Origin: Candidatus Multivorans sp.
Lineage (GTDB): Bacteria; Acidobacteriota; Thermoanaerobaculia; Multivoradales; Multivoraceae
DNA length: 64,000 bases
Reading direction: 5' to 3'
Assembly: GCA_965238135.1 (NCBI GenBank)
Contig: OZ250177.1
Location: 2,336,599-2,400,598, forward strand
The notes beneath the pieces were generated by a model. The model did not search any database and was not told the origin of the DNA. It was given only the letters and a program-made list of their open reading frames with translations. Below are positions 39,537 through 49,400 of the stretch, piece after piece. Both the position numbers and the translations under genes were made by a program. The stretch's first letter is position 1; every line of letters begins with the position of its first letter.

Positions 39537-41147
39537 ATGACGTCAACAGACCAGGATCGCCAGACCCAAGCCCCGCAGGCACCCAGCCGGCGGTACTCCA
39601 ACTACGTCTTGGGCGTCCTCGTCCTGGTCTACGTCTTCAACTTCATCGACCGCCAGATCCTTTCGATCCTGGCGGAGGACATCCGCGCCGATCTGGGCAT
39701 CGACGACGCCCAGATCGGCTTCCTCTACGGCACCGCGTTCGCCGTCTTCTACGCCATCTTCGGCATTCCGATCGGCCGTCTGGCCGACATGTGGACCCGC
39801 AAGAACCTGATCTCGATGGGTCTGGCCGCTTGGAGCCTGATGACGGCGCTCTCGGGCACCGCGCGCGGCTTCACCTCGCTCGCCGCCTACCGGATCGGCG
39901 TCGGCATCGGCGAATCGAGCGCCGGTCCGGCGGCCTTCTCCATGCTGGGGGACTACTACCCGCCGCGGCTGCGCGCCACGGTGACCGCCATCTACTCGAG
40001 CGGCGTCTACATCGGCGCCGGTCTCGGCATCCTGATCGGCGGGCAAGTCGTTGACCGATGGAACAGCGCCTACAGCGACGGCGGAGCGCCGTTCGGCCTG
40101 GTCGGCTGGCAGGTCGCCTTCTTCGCCGTAGGCCTTCCCGGACTCCTCATGGCGATCTGGGTGTGGACCCTGCGGGAGCCCGTACGGGGCCAGAGCGAGG
40201 GCATCGTTACTCCCCCGCATCCCGAACCGTTCAAGGAACTGGGCCGGGAGACAGCCGCCATTCTCCCGCCGCTGACCGTGTTCTCGCTGTACGGCAACGG
40301 CGGCTACCGCGCGGTCGGTTCGAATCTGCTGATCGCGCTCGGGTGCGCCGGCAGCTCCTTCCTCCTGATCCAGATCTTCGGCAGGCCGGCGCAGTGGATC
40401 GCACTCGCGATCGGCGCCTACGCCTTCCTCTCCTGGGTGCAGGGACTCCGGGTGAGGGATCGGCCGACTTTCGAACTGATCTACGGCACGCGGTCCATGA
40501 TCTACGGCATGATCGGCTTCGGCTGGATCGCGTTCGTCGGCTACGGCGCCGGCTTCTGGGCGCCGACGTTCTTCAGGCGAGTTCACGAGCAGAGCGCCGG
40601 TCAGGCCGGCTTGGTCCTCGGTCTCACTGCCGCCGTCGCTGGCTGGCTTGGCGTGGCCGGCGGCGGCTACTTCTCCGACTGGATGAAGCAGCGAAAGGCG
40701 AACGCCCGGCCGCTATGCGGCGCGATCGCCGCCCTGGCTTCGATACCGCTCGGCGCCGCCTTCTTACTCGCCGAGAGCGTGACCACAGCCTACGTCTTCA
40801 ACTTCCTCTTCACGATCACTTCGGCGTGCTGGATCGGTTCCGCCGTTGCGATGGCCAACGACCTCGTGCTGCCCAGGATGCGTGCCACGGCCTCCGCGTT
40901 CTACATCCTCACGATGACCTTCGTCGGCCTCGCCCTGGGGCCTTTCCTGATGGGCTGGATGAGCGGCACGTTCGAGGCCGGCGGCGCCGACTCCGGCCGT
41001 TCCCTGCAGCTCGCCATGCTGATCGGTCTCGGCGCCTACGTCCTCGGCGCGGTGTTCTTCTGGCTTGCCGGCCGCACCGTGGCCAAGGACGAGGAGAGCC
41101 GAATCGAACGCGCCCAGGCTGCCGGCGAAGTCGTCGAAGCGGCCTGA
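39537..41147 (+). CDS. Major facilitator superfamily transporter (Spinster-like)
   Basis: 12 TM helices; MFS signature FNFIDRQILSIL and GRLADMWTRK; ATG 39537 with AGGAG RBS (ORF opens 39453). Confidence 0.85.
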   Translation: MTSTDQDRQTQAPQAPSRRYSNYVLGVLVLVYVFNFIDRQILSILAEDIRADLGIDDAQIGFLYGTAFAVFYAIFGIPIGRLADMWTRKNLISMGLAAWSLMTALSGTARGFTSLAAYRIGVGIGESSAGPAAFSMLGDYYPPRLRATVTAIYSSGVYIGAGLGILIGGQVVDRWNSAYSDGGAPFGLVGWQVAFFAVGLPGLLMAIWVWTLREPVRGQSEGIVTPPHPEPFKELGRETAAILPPLTVFSLYGNGGYRAVGSNLLIALGCAGSSFLLIQIFGRPAQWIALAIGAYAFLSWVQGLRVRDRPTFELIYGTRSMIYGMIGFGWIAFVGYGAGFWAPTFFRRVHEQSAGQAGLVLGLTAAVAGWLGVAGGGYFSDWMKQRKANARPLCGAIAALASIPLGAAFLLAESVTTAYVFNFLFTITSACWIGSAVAMANDLVLPRMRATASAFYILTMTFVGLALGPFLMGWMSGTFEAGGADSGRSLQLAMLIGLGAYVLGAVFFWLAGRTVAKDEESRIERAQAAGEVVEAA

Positions 41148-41174
41148 GGGGCAACGCGCCCGCTGTAACTCCGG

Positions 41175-42227
41175 CTACCGGTTCGGCCCACGCTCCATCG
41201 GCACCGGCTGCCAGCGTTCGAGATCCACCCTGGGCAGCACGGTGGGGTTCACGCAGCTCATCGGCCAGCGTCCGGAAAGCGCCAGCCCGACTTCGCGGCC
41301 GACACGACGACGCGTCTCCGGACGCATGCGGGTCGTGGCCGAGGCGACGTGCGGAGTAAGGATCACGTTGTCCATTCCCAGCAGCGGGTTGTCCTCTAGG
41401 GGGGGCTCTCGCTCCAGCACGTCGAGCGCTGCGGCGGCGATCTGCTTCGTCTCGAGCGCCTCGATCAGAGCCGCTTCGTCGATCGTCGGCCCGCGGCCGG
41501 CGTTGATCACGACGGCGGTCTCCTTCATCGCCTCGAACTGGGGGCCCGAGAGCATGTGCCGGGTCTCGCGGTTGAGCGGCGCGTGCATCGAGAGGTAGTC
41601 GGAGCGTTCCAGCAGTTCGTCGAAACTGACCGGTTCGACGCCCTCGCCCGTCATCTTCAGTTCGCTGACGTAGGGGTCGTGGGCGATCACGTGCATACCG
41701 AAGGGTTTGGCGCGCCGCGCCACCGCCCGGGCCACGTTGCCGAACGAGATCAGGCCCAGGGTCTGTCCCCACAGCCGCGGCACGTCGTTGAGCAGAGGCC
41801 GGCCATGGAACCAGTCGCCGCGCCTGACCATGGAGTCCATCTCGCGCATCCGCCGCGCGCCGGCGAGCAGCAGCGCCATCGTATGGTCGGCTACCTCCTC
41901 GATGAACACGTCGGGGACGTTCGTCACCACGATGCCCGCGTCGGTCGCCGCCTCGACATCGACCATATCGACGCCGACGCTGCCGACACCGATCACGATG
42001 CACCTATTCAGTCCGGCGATCACCGAGCGGGAGATGCGAAAGCCCCAGGAGGTGATGACGGCAGTCGCGTCGGAGGCCTCGGCCAGGAAGTCCTCCTCCG
42101 ACTCTGCAGAAACCTCGACCAACTCCGCTACCGGCAGCAGAGCCTCCAGCTCAAACGTGTAGCGCGTCTCGACCGACGCCGCCTTGGCGATGCCGGGCAG
42201 TTGAACGACGACCTTCTGCTTTCCCAC
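41175..42227 (-). CDS. D-isomer-specific 2-hydroxyacid dehydrogenase (SerA/CtBP-like)
   Basis: GIISFGNVARAVARRA NAD motif, catalytic R/E/H (TPHVASAT); GTG start 42227 with AGGAGG RBS 7 nt upstream, 2 nt after stop of the acyl-CoA synthetase gene. Confidence 0.85.
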   Translation of the reverse strand: MGKQKVVVQLPGIAKAASVETRYTFELEALLPVAELVEVSAESEEDFLAEASDATAVITSWGFRISRSVIAGLNRCIVIGVGSVGVDMVDVEAATDAGIVVTNVPDVFIEEVADHTMALLLAGARRMREMDSMVRRGDWFHGRPLLNDVPRLWGQTLGLISFGNVARAVARRAKPFGMHVIAHDPYVSELKMTGEGVEPVSFDELLERSDYLSMHAPLNRETRHMLSGPQFEAMKETAVVINAGRGPTIDEAALIEALETKQIAAAALDVLEREPPLEDNPLLGMDNVILTPHVASATTRMRPETRRRVGREVGLALSGRWPMSCVNPTVLPRVDLERWQPVPMERGPNR

Positions 42228-42229
42228 GA

Positions 42230-43891
42230 TCAAGCCTCCTGCGCGGCGAGTTCGGCCACCGCCCAATCGCGCAGACCGTTGTAGTCGGCCTTGCCATTCG
42301 CCGCCCGGCCCACGCTGTCGCGCACCAGGACGCGCTTGGGCGCCTTGTAGGACGCCAACTCCCGCTTCACCCAACCGATCACATCCGGCTCGCTGAAGCG
42401 CCCGGGATCGTCGAGTTCGACCACCGCCGTGACCGCCTGTCCGAAGCGCTCGTGCGGCACGCCGACGCATACCGCGTCGCGCACCGAGGGATGGGTCTTC
42501 AAGACCTCCTCCACCTCTTCCGGGAAGATCTTCTCGCCGCCGCTGTTGATGCACACCGAGCCGCGGCCGTAGAGCCTGAGGGAGCCGTCCGCTTCGACGG
42601 TCGCGTAGTCGCCGGCCATCGAGTAGCGCACGCCGTCGACTTCGACGAAAGTGGCCGCCGTCTTCTCGGGATCCTTGTAGTAGCCGAGCGGGATGTGCCC
42701 GGTCACGGCAATCCGCCCCAGCACGCCCGAACCCGGTTCGACCTTCCCGCCGTCGTCATCCAGCACGCAGGCGTTGTCGCCGAGCACAAAGGACGCCGTC
42801 TCGCTGGCCTCGCCGGCGGTCGAATCCGAGCGCCCCATGCCGATCGATTCGGACGACCCCAGGGCGTCCGTCAGCACTGTCTCGGCCGGGCAGTAGCGCA
42901 GGAAGGCGCGCTTGACCTCGGCGCTCCACATGGCGCCGGAGGACACCACGACCTCGAGGCTCGAGAGGTCGAAGCGGCCGGTCTCCTGCTCGAGCGCCTG
43001 CACCATCGGCCGGGCGAACGCGTCGCCGACGATCGCCATCGCGTTGATGCCCTCCGCCGTGATCGTCTCGAGGGTCGCCACGGCGTCGAAGCGGCGGTTG
43101 GCGAGGGTAACCACACAGCCGCCGTTCAGCATCCCGCCCAGTGCGGTAAGGAACCCCGTGCCGTGCATCAGGGGGCAGGCGGGCAGCGAAATGCGCCGCA
43201 TCAGGAGTTCGTCGAACTGGGGCTTCAGCCCCTCGACTCCGCCCGACAAGTCGAAGGGGTCGACGCGACCGTCGTTGCTGAGCTGCCAAAGATCGTCCAG
43301 CCGCCACATGACGCCCTTGGGCATGCCGGTCGTGCCGCCGGTGTAGAGCAGCCACAGGTCGTCTCCACTGCGCGGCCAGGGCGCCTCGTAGACCAGCGAA
43401 TCGCCGGAACCGGAGTCCGCCGCCGCCGCCTGCTCGTAGGGAATCGCCCACTCCGGACAGGGCCCCGAACCGTCGTCGACCCACAGCCAGGTGTGAATCG
43501 CCTGCATCCTGGCCCTCAAAGCCTCGATCCGCGAGGCGAAACAGCCGTGAAAGATGACCGCGACCACGTCCGCGTTGTCCCAGAGATAGAGCAGTTCGCC
43601 CTCGACGTAGCGGTAGTTGGTGTTCACCGGCACCAGGGAGGCCTTGAAGCAGGCCAGCGCCGACTCCATGTACTCGGGCACGTTGTAGAGGTACTGCGCC
43701 ACCTTGTCCTGGCGCTTGACGCCGCGCTCGATCAGCGTCGCCGCCACGCCGTTCGCGCGGCGGTGTATCTCGGCCTGCGTGTAGCGGCGGCTCGGGCCGC
43801 CGCCCAGGGGATCAAGGAACACTTGCGCCGCGGCCTGCGGCCGGTGGCCGGCGATCGCTTCCAGAATGTCCGCGTGATGCCAGTCGCTCAT
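42230..43891 (-). CDS. AMP-dependent acyl-CoA synthetase/ligase (FadD-like)
   Basis: AMP-binding motif LLYTGGTTGMPKGVMW, further AMP-binding motifs, C-terminal conserved Lys region; 553 aa. Confidence 0.9.
   Translation of the reverse strand: MSDWHHADILEAIAGHRPQAAAQVFLDPLGGGPSRRYTQAEIHRRANGVAATLIERGVKRQDKVAQYLYNVPEYMESALACFKASLVPVNTNYRYVEGELLYLWDNADVVAVIFHGCFASRIEALRARMQAIHTWLWVDDGSGPCPEWAIPYEQAAAADSGSGDSLVYEAPWPRSGDDLWLLYTGGTTGMPKGVMWRLDDLWQLSNDGRVDPFDLSGGVEGLKPQFDELLMRRISLPACPLMHGTGFLTALGGMLNGGCVVTLANRRFDAVATLETITAEGINAMAIVGDAFARPMVQALEQETGRFDLSSLEVVVSSGAMWSAEVKRAFLRYCPAETVLTDALGSSESIGMGRSDSTAGEASETASFVLGDNACVLDDDGGKVEPGSGVLGRIAVTGHIPLGYYKDPEKTAATFVEVDGVRYSMAGDYATVEADGSLRLYGRGSVCINSGGEKIFPEEVEEVLKTHPSVRDAVCVGVPHERFGQAVTAVVELDDPGRFSEPDVIGWVKRELASYKAPKRVLVRDSVGRAANGKADYNGLRDWAVAELAAQEA
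42235..42240 (-). promoter_or_regulatory. AGGAGG ribosome-binding site for the 2-hydroxyacid dehydrogenase gene, embedded in the 3' end of the upstream gene
   Basis: Read directly on minus strand. Confidence 0.5.
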
Positions 43892-44099
43892 GGGCGCTGG
43901 AATCTAGCAGGACGGTACGCCGGGGGCTCACACCTCAAGTTGCCAGCGCCGTTTGCACTGCTACTCTGTCCCCGGTAACGCACGGTGCGGGCGGGCGCCC
44001 CTGAACCGGCGTCCTGCGATGACCCCGTCGTCAACCCTGCCCTACAACCCCCTGACTCAGCCTGGAACACCAAGCTCCTTGATGACCTGGGAGACAGTC

Positions 44100-45011
44100 A
44101 TGAAAAGCCCACTCTTCCTCCTCGCCGGCCTGCTCTCGCTGTGTCTCGTCGCAACGCCGGCAGTCGGTCAGGACGCCGCCGAGCTGTTGACCAACGACGA
44201 CATCGTCAGGTTGTCGAAGGCCGGCCTTCCCGCGTCGGTGATCGTCGCCAAGATCACGAGTTCCCGCACCGACTTCGACACCTCCGTCGACGCTCTTGTG
44301 GCGCTCAGCGAAGCAGAAGTGGATGCGAAAGTGCTGGAGGCGATGACGAACGCCGGCGCCCCGGCCGCGCCCACCGCAGACGTTCCGATGGCGGGCACTC
44401 TCGAAGTGGTGACCGCTACGCGAGCGTCGCAGGTCGCGAACGTGGCCTCGATCTTCGAGGGAACGCCCTGCGAAGGCCCTGGCATCTTCCTCTCCGAGGA
44501 GGGCTCGATGGTTGACCTCGAACTGACCCAGCCTACCGCGACGAAGACCGGCAGCGGAGTTCTCTCGAGCCTCACCTACGGCATCAAGTCAACCAAGGCG
44601 AAGGCGATGATCCGCGGCGCCCGTTCGCAGGTCCGCACGAGCCAGCGGCAGCCGACCTTCTACTTCTGTTTCGAGGAGGCCCAGGCCGGCCTGTCCTACC
44701 AGACGACGGGCGCCGTGAACCCTTCCGCGTTCCTGCTGATCGCCTTCGACGTCCTGGTGAAGAAGGACCAGCGCTCCTTCGTCACCGGCAAGCTGAACCT
44801 CTGGACGGGCGCTCAGGGAGGCTCGCCGCCGAAGCAGTTGCGTCAAGTGGAGTACAGCAAGCTCGTGCCGGGCGTGTATGCGGTGACCGCGGAAGCGCTC
44901 GACCCTGGCGAGTACGCCTTCTACTACGGCGGTCAGGCGACGCTCGTCGGATTCTTCGGCGCTGCCTTCAGCGGCGGCTCCGGAAAGGTCTTCGCTTTCG
45001 GCGTCGACTGA
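44100..45011 (+). CDS. Secreted hypothetical protein
   Basis: ATG 44100 with GGGAGA RBS, signal peptide MKSPLFLLAGLLSLCLVATPAVG, high GC3; no family recognised. Confidence 0.6.
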   Translation: MKSPLFLLAGLLSLCLVATPAVGQDAAELLTNDDIVRLSKAGLPASVIVAKITSSRTDFDTSVDALVALSEAEVDAKVLEAMTNAGAPAAPTADVPMAGTLEVVTATRASQVANVASIFEGTPCEGPGIFLSEEGSMVDLELTQPTATKTGSGVLSSLTYGIKSTKAKAMIRGARSQVRTSQRQPTFYFCFEEAQAGLSYQTTGAVNPSAFLLIAFDVLVKKDQRSFVTGKLNLWTGAQGGSPPKQLRQVEYSKLVPGVYAVTAEALDPGEYAFYYGGQATLVGFFGAAFSGGSGKVFAFGVD

Positions 45012-45043
45012 AGCCGTCGCGCATTTCAAAACCCGGAAGGGAA

Positions 45044-46370
45044 AGGGCGGAGGCTCTTCAGGGTTTCGTGTGGAACGTGAGTGAATCGGGGTAGAGGTCG
45101 AGTCCGCCGAGATGGAAGTAGATGGCGATGCGGAAGCGGTCGCGATTTCGGTAGCCGCGCGCGGATTTCTTGAGCCATTGGATGACCGAGTTGATGCCTT
45201 CGAGGCGGGCGTTGGTGACCCCTCGCTCGATCGCGTTCAGCACCCCTTCCAGATGAGCCTTCAGCATCCGGGCCACTCGCTTCATCGGCTCCAGGCGGCT
45301 GCGGATCGCCCACGAGTACCAGCCCTCGAAGGTCGCTCGCGCCTCGGCGCGGTCCCGTGTCTCCCACATCATCATCGCCACTTCCTTCAAGTGCCAGCAG
45401 CGTGCCGTCTTCGACCTACCGTAGATCAGTTCCCTGAAGCGGACCCAGGAGCGGTCCGGCACCCGGTCCGGGTGGTACAGCCACAGGTAGCGCGTGCCGG
45501 CAAGACGCTCGTCGCCTCGGCCTTGCAGAATCCGGTGCTCCGCTCGGCGCACCTCGTCCACTGCTCCGCCGAGGTGCGCCGCGACGTGGAACTTGTCGAA
45601 CCGAGCTTCTGATCGCCGTCCGGCAAGCCGGACACCGTGGCAGAGATGTACGCAGCCCACATGTCCATCGCCACCGTCTCGATCCTCGAACGCTCAGCCT
45701 CCGACAACGACTCGTAGTACGAAGACAGGGCCTCCTTGCCGCGACCGTCCGCCACGTGGTGCACACGCGGCTCACCCTCGAGATCCGCCACCACCGTCAC
45801 GTACTCGTGACGCTTCTGAAACGACGTCTCGTCCACCCCAAGACGGCGACACCCCGGCGCCGGACCGCGGCGCTCGAGGCCGCGCTTCACCGCCCTCTGC
45901 ATCACCCCGTCCACCTGGTCCCAGCTCAAGTCCAGCAGCCGAGCCACCGCCGACATGCTCGCCGCGCCCAGCCAATCGATCACCAGCGCCTCGAACAGTG
46001 CCGTGAAACGCGAACCAGGGTCCGACCACGGCACGCGGATCGTCCGCACCCCGTGCTCCGCGCACCGCACCCGAGGTACGTCCGCGGTCAGGATCGTCCG
46101 GTACTGGCACGTCGGCAGATGACGCCAACTCCGACGACGAGAGTCGTGCCGCCTTGCACCGCCGCCGCACTCCGGGCAACTCAACGACTCCCCGCCGCCA
46201 CGAACCACGAACACCTCCACCTCGCCAGCCTCGAGCCGCAGCTCGACGCCGGTCACTTCCCAGGGTTTCTCGATACCCAGAATCCGACCGTACAAGTCTG
46301 TGTCGCGCATCCAGAAAGACTACGGCATCTCCACCATGAACCCGGAAGAGCCGGAATCATGAAGGGAACA
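45044..46370. mobile_element. ISL3-family insertion sequence (~1.33 kb) flanked by 8-bp direct repeat GAAGGGAA
   Basis: Terminal GGCTCTTC...GAAGAGCC imperfect inverted repeats (45052-45078 / 46336-46362, ~17/23 match); exact 8-bp direct repeats at 45036-45043 and 46371-46378, each 8 nt outside the GGCTCTTC cores; encodes ISL3 transposase. Confidence 0.75.
45058..46310 (-). pseudogene. ISL3-family transposase split by a -1 frameshift near 45640
   Basis: ORF 45426..46310 = N-terminal half (MRDTDLYGRILGIEKPWEVTGVE..CPECG..VAMDMWAAYISA); ORF 45058..45660 = C-terminal half (RFDKFHVAAHL...NARLEGINSVIQWLKKSARGYRNRDRFRIAIYFHLGGLDL). Confidence 0.75.
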
Positions 46371-49058
46371 TTGCATCCAGACGGGCTCCACTACCTTCTG
46401 CGCAGAGTGGCCCAGGCGGCTGGATCATCCAGCGAGCCAAACCTCAGGCTGCTCGGACTGGGCTTCGCAGCACTGCTGGTTGCAGGGGCGTTCCAGACGG
46501 CGCCTGCGAGCGCTGTCGTCTATGTCGTGCCGACCGACGAGAGCTTGGTGGACCGGTCACCCGTGATCGTCTTCGGCGAGATCCTCAGTGCCGGTCCGGG
46601 GCCGGTTGGCAGCGGTCCGACCACGGACTACCTGTTTGCGATCGAGGAAGTGCTCAAGGGTTTCGTTGCCGGCAGCGCGATCATGGTCCGGCAACCCGGC
46701 GGCGTCGGCGTCGACGGCACCGCGATGAAGGTCATGGGTCTGCCGATGCTGGCAGAGGGGGACCGGGTCTTGCTCTTTCTGCGACCGGAGGAATCAGGCG
46801 CCCATCCCATCGTCGAGTACGCCCTTGGAATGTTCTGGGAAGTTGACATGGGCGGTCGGCCGATGCTGCTGCGCGAGCCGTCGCTGCAGGCGTGGGCGCC
46901 GATGCCGGGAGGCGACTCAAGGGTCGCCGAGCCGGCACGCAGGGATCGGCTCCGGGACGGCGCACGCTTTCGCCACTGGATCGCCGATCGGGCCGCAGGC
47001 GTCGAGAGGTCGGCCGACTACTTCGAGAAAGAGCCGCCGGAGGGTCCCGTGGCGGTCCAGTCGCCCTATCGTCTCTGGAGAACACAAGCCGATTGCCTGC
47101 ATGATCTGATGCCGATCCGTTGGCAAGACTTCGACCTCGGGAAGAGCCTCCGCATGACCGTCCACTCAGGAGGACAGGTCGGTGTTCCAGGTGGTGGCAC
47201 GGCCGGAATACGGACCGCAATGAGGGCTTGGAACAACGACCTCGAGAGTCATGTCCGCCTCGCCACCGCAGGTACCGCGACACCAACCGAGGAGAACACC
47301 CAGCCGGACTCTGACCGTTACTGGATTCCCTTCGAGGATCCGTTCGATCAGATCGACGGATCCTTCGATGAAGAGACAGGCGGCACTCTTGCGGTCACTA
47401 TCAATTACTGGTTCTGCGGTGGACAGGTTCCCGTACATAGCACGCTCGGCGATCCACCCGTCCAGGCCCTGCAGATCGGTTACACGCAGCTCATCACTCA
47501 GGACGGCTACGGCGAACAATGGGTGGCCTTGAACGAGAATCCCCAAGAAGCGCACGAGGAGATCATGGCGCACGAACTCGGCCACGTGCTGGGCATCGGA
47601 CACTCTTGCGGTTTCGGCGTTTACCCTTGCCCGGACGACGGCGCGATTGCCGAAGCGATCATGCGTGCCTATCCACATGCCGACGGCCGCGGAGCGCGCC
47701 TGAGCAGCGACGACTTGGCTGCGCTGCGCTATCTCTACCCGATGTCCAGCGGCACCGGAGGCGAGCCGGACGCTCTCGTTTGCAGTGGCGTGACCTGTCT
47801 CCTGCAAGGAGAACGCTTCAGGGTAAAGGCCTGGTACTCGTCGGATGGCGGTCCGAACCAGGGAGCCGGAGCGATAGCGGCCGCAATAGGAGGCTCCGCC
47901 GGCCTGTTCACTTCCAACAGCGACAGTGCCGAACTCCTGGTCAGGATCGCCGATCAATGCAGCGCGAGCGGCTACCGGGCGGTGTACACCGGCGCCGCCT
48001 CGGACGCGGACTTCAGAGTTGCCGTCAGAGACACCGACACCAACGAACTCAAGTGGTTCCGTTCACGCGACGGGCAGGCTGTCGCGGACGCCGAGGCGTT
48101 CTTGTGCGGCGTCGGCGAGACCTCGGAACCGGACCTGGTCGTTTCGTCGGCTTCCGTAAGTGACAGCAGCCTCGATGCCGGAGCGACTTTCACCTTGAGC
48201 GCGACGGTCCGAAACCAGGGTGACGGCCGCTCCAGCTCGACTACTTTGCGCTACTACCGCTCGTCGAACTCGACGATCACCGCGTCAGACACCGAGGTTG
48301 GTACGGATGCAGTAAGGGCTCTTTCCGCCTCGGGCACGAGCGGCGAGTCGATCGTTCTTACCGCGCCTTCGACCCCCGGCACGTACTACTACGGAGCCTG
48401 TGTCGAGTCCGTTTCCGGCGAGTCGAACACGGGCAACAACTGCTCCAGCGGCGTCAGAGTGACCGTCAGTAGCGCTGGCAGCGTAACCGAGTACAGGTAC
48501 GACGACGGGACGCCGATCGGTTTTGTGCCAGCCGACGACGGCTTTCATCTAATCGAGTACGCTCAACGCTTCCGTTTGCCCCGGAGTGGAACCGTCGAAT
48601 ACGCGGTTGTCTGTGTCGGCAGACGCACTACAGGTGGCAGCAACGATCAGCCCCTTGAGCTGAACTTCTACACTGACTCCGGCAGTCGCCCAAGCCGCGA
48701 GCTGGCGAGCTACCAGGCCACTCCGCGGCTTGCCAGGGGAACTTCGGCGTGCAGGAGACTGGCCCTGCCCGGCAGCGGACTCCGTCTCGGCAGCGGCAAC
48801 ACGTGGGTCGGCCTGTCCTGGAGGCTTTCAACCGGCATGGTCATCGCAGCCGACACCAGGGCCACAGGCAGCACGAGCCTCAGCGCCAGAGTACAGGTAA
48901 CACCCATCTCGTCACTGAGTCCCTGGCTGGCCCTGAACGACCTCGAAGTCGTCTTCATCCGCCTCGGAGTCAACCACGGCGGAAGCACGGCCACCACCGC
49001 CCCAACTTCCGCCCATGCCTCCGGACTGTCGGAGAGCGCTCTTCGGCAAAGATTCTAG
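46369..49058 (+). CDS. Secreted zinc metalloprotease (metzincin, HExxHxxGxxH) with C-terminal CARDB-like and beta-rich domains
   Basis: HELGHVLGIGH zinc-binding motif, signal-peptide-like LRLLGLGFAALLVAGAFQTAPASA, CARDB-like segment; ATG 46369 is formed at the IS junction (IS-terminal AT + first G of target duplication). Confidence 0.8.
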
Positions 49059-49070
49059 GGAGGCCGCCCC

Positions 49071-49319
49071 CTACATGCTGCGGCGGTACTCGCCGCCGAC
49101 CGGGTACAGCGCGTTCGAGATCTGACCCAAGGAGCAGTGCTTCACGGACTCCATCGGTTCCTGAAACACGTTGCCGCGCCGCCGCGCCACCTCTTGAAGC
49201 CGCTCCAGGCTCGCCGCTGAGCCCCCGCCGTGGCGGCGGTGGAAGGCAGCAAGGCTCCCCATCTGCTGCTGCTCCTCGTCCGTCAAACGGATGAGCTCGG
49301 CCTCGACCGGCCAGATCAC
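49071..49319 (-). pseudogene. Displaced, diverged duplicate of the 3' end of icmF (last ~82 codons), open frame retained
   Basis: DNA ~80-85% identical to 51363..51610 beginning exactly at the stop codon (CTACATGCTGCGGCGGTACTCGCC); peptide ...[42 protein letters not shown] vs IcmF C-terminus ...[42 protein letters not shown]. Confidence 0.7.
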
Positions 49320-49400
49320 CTACTATGGTGGAGAATCAACATCGGGTCTTCAGAGGATCATTCCCGCTGCCGACAATGAGGCCCATACAGGGAGGTAGGC

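Noticed and set aside
45756-46368. First ~200 codons of the 1100-aa plus ORF
   Set aside because: Runs antisense through the IS transposase; the real protease gene begins at ATG 46369 right after the IS end.
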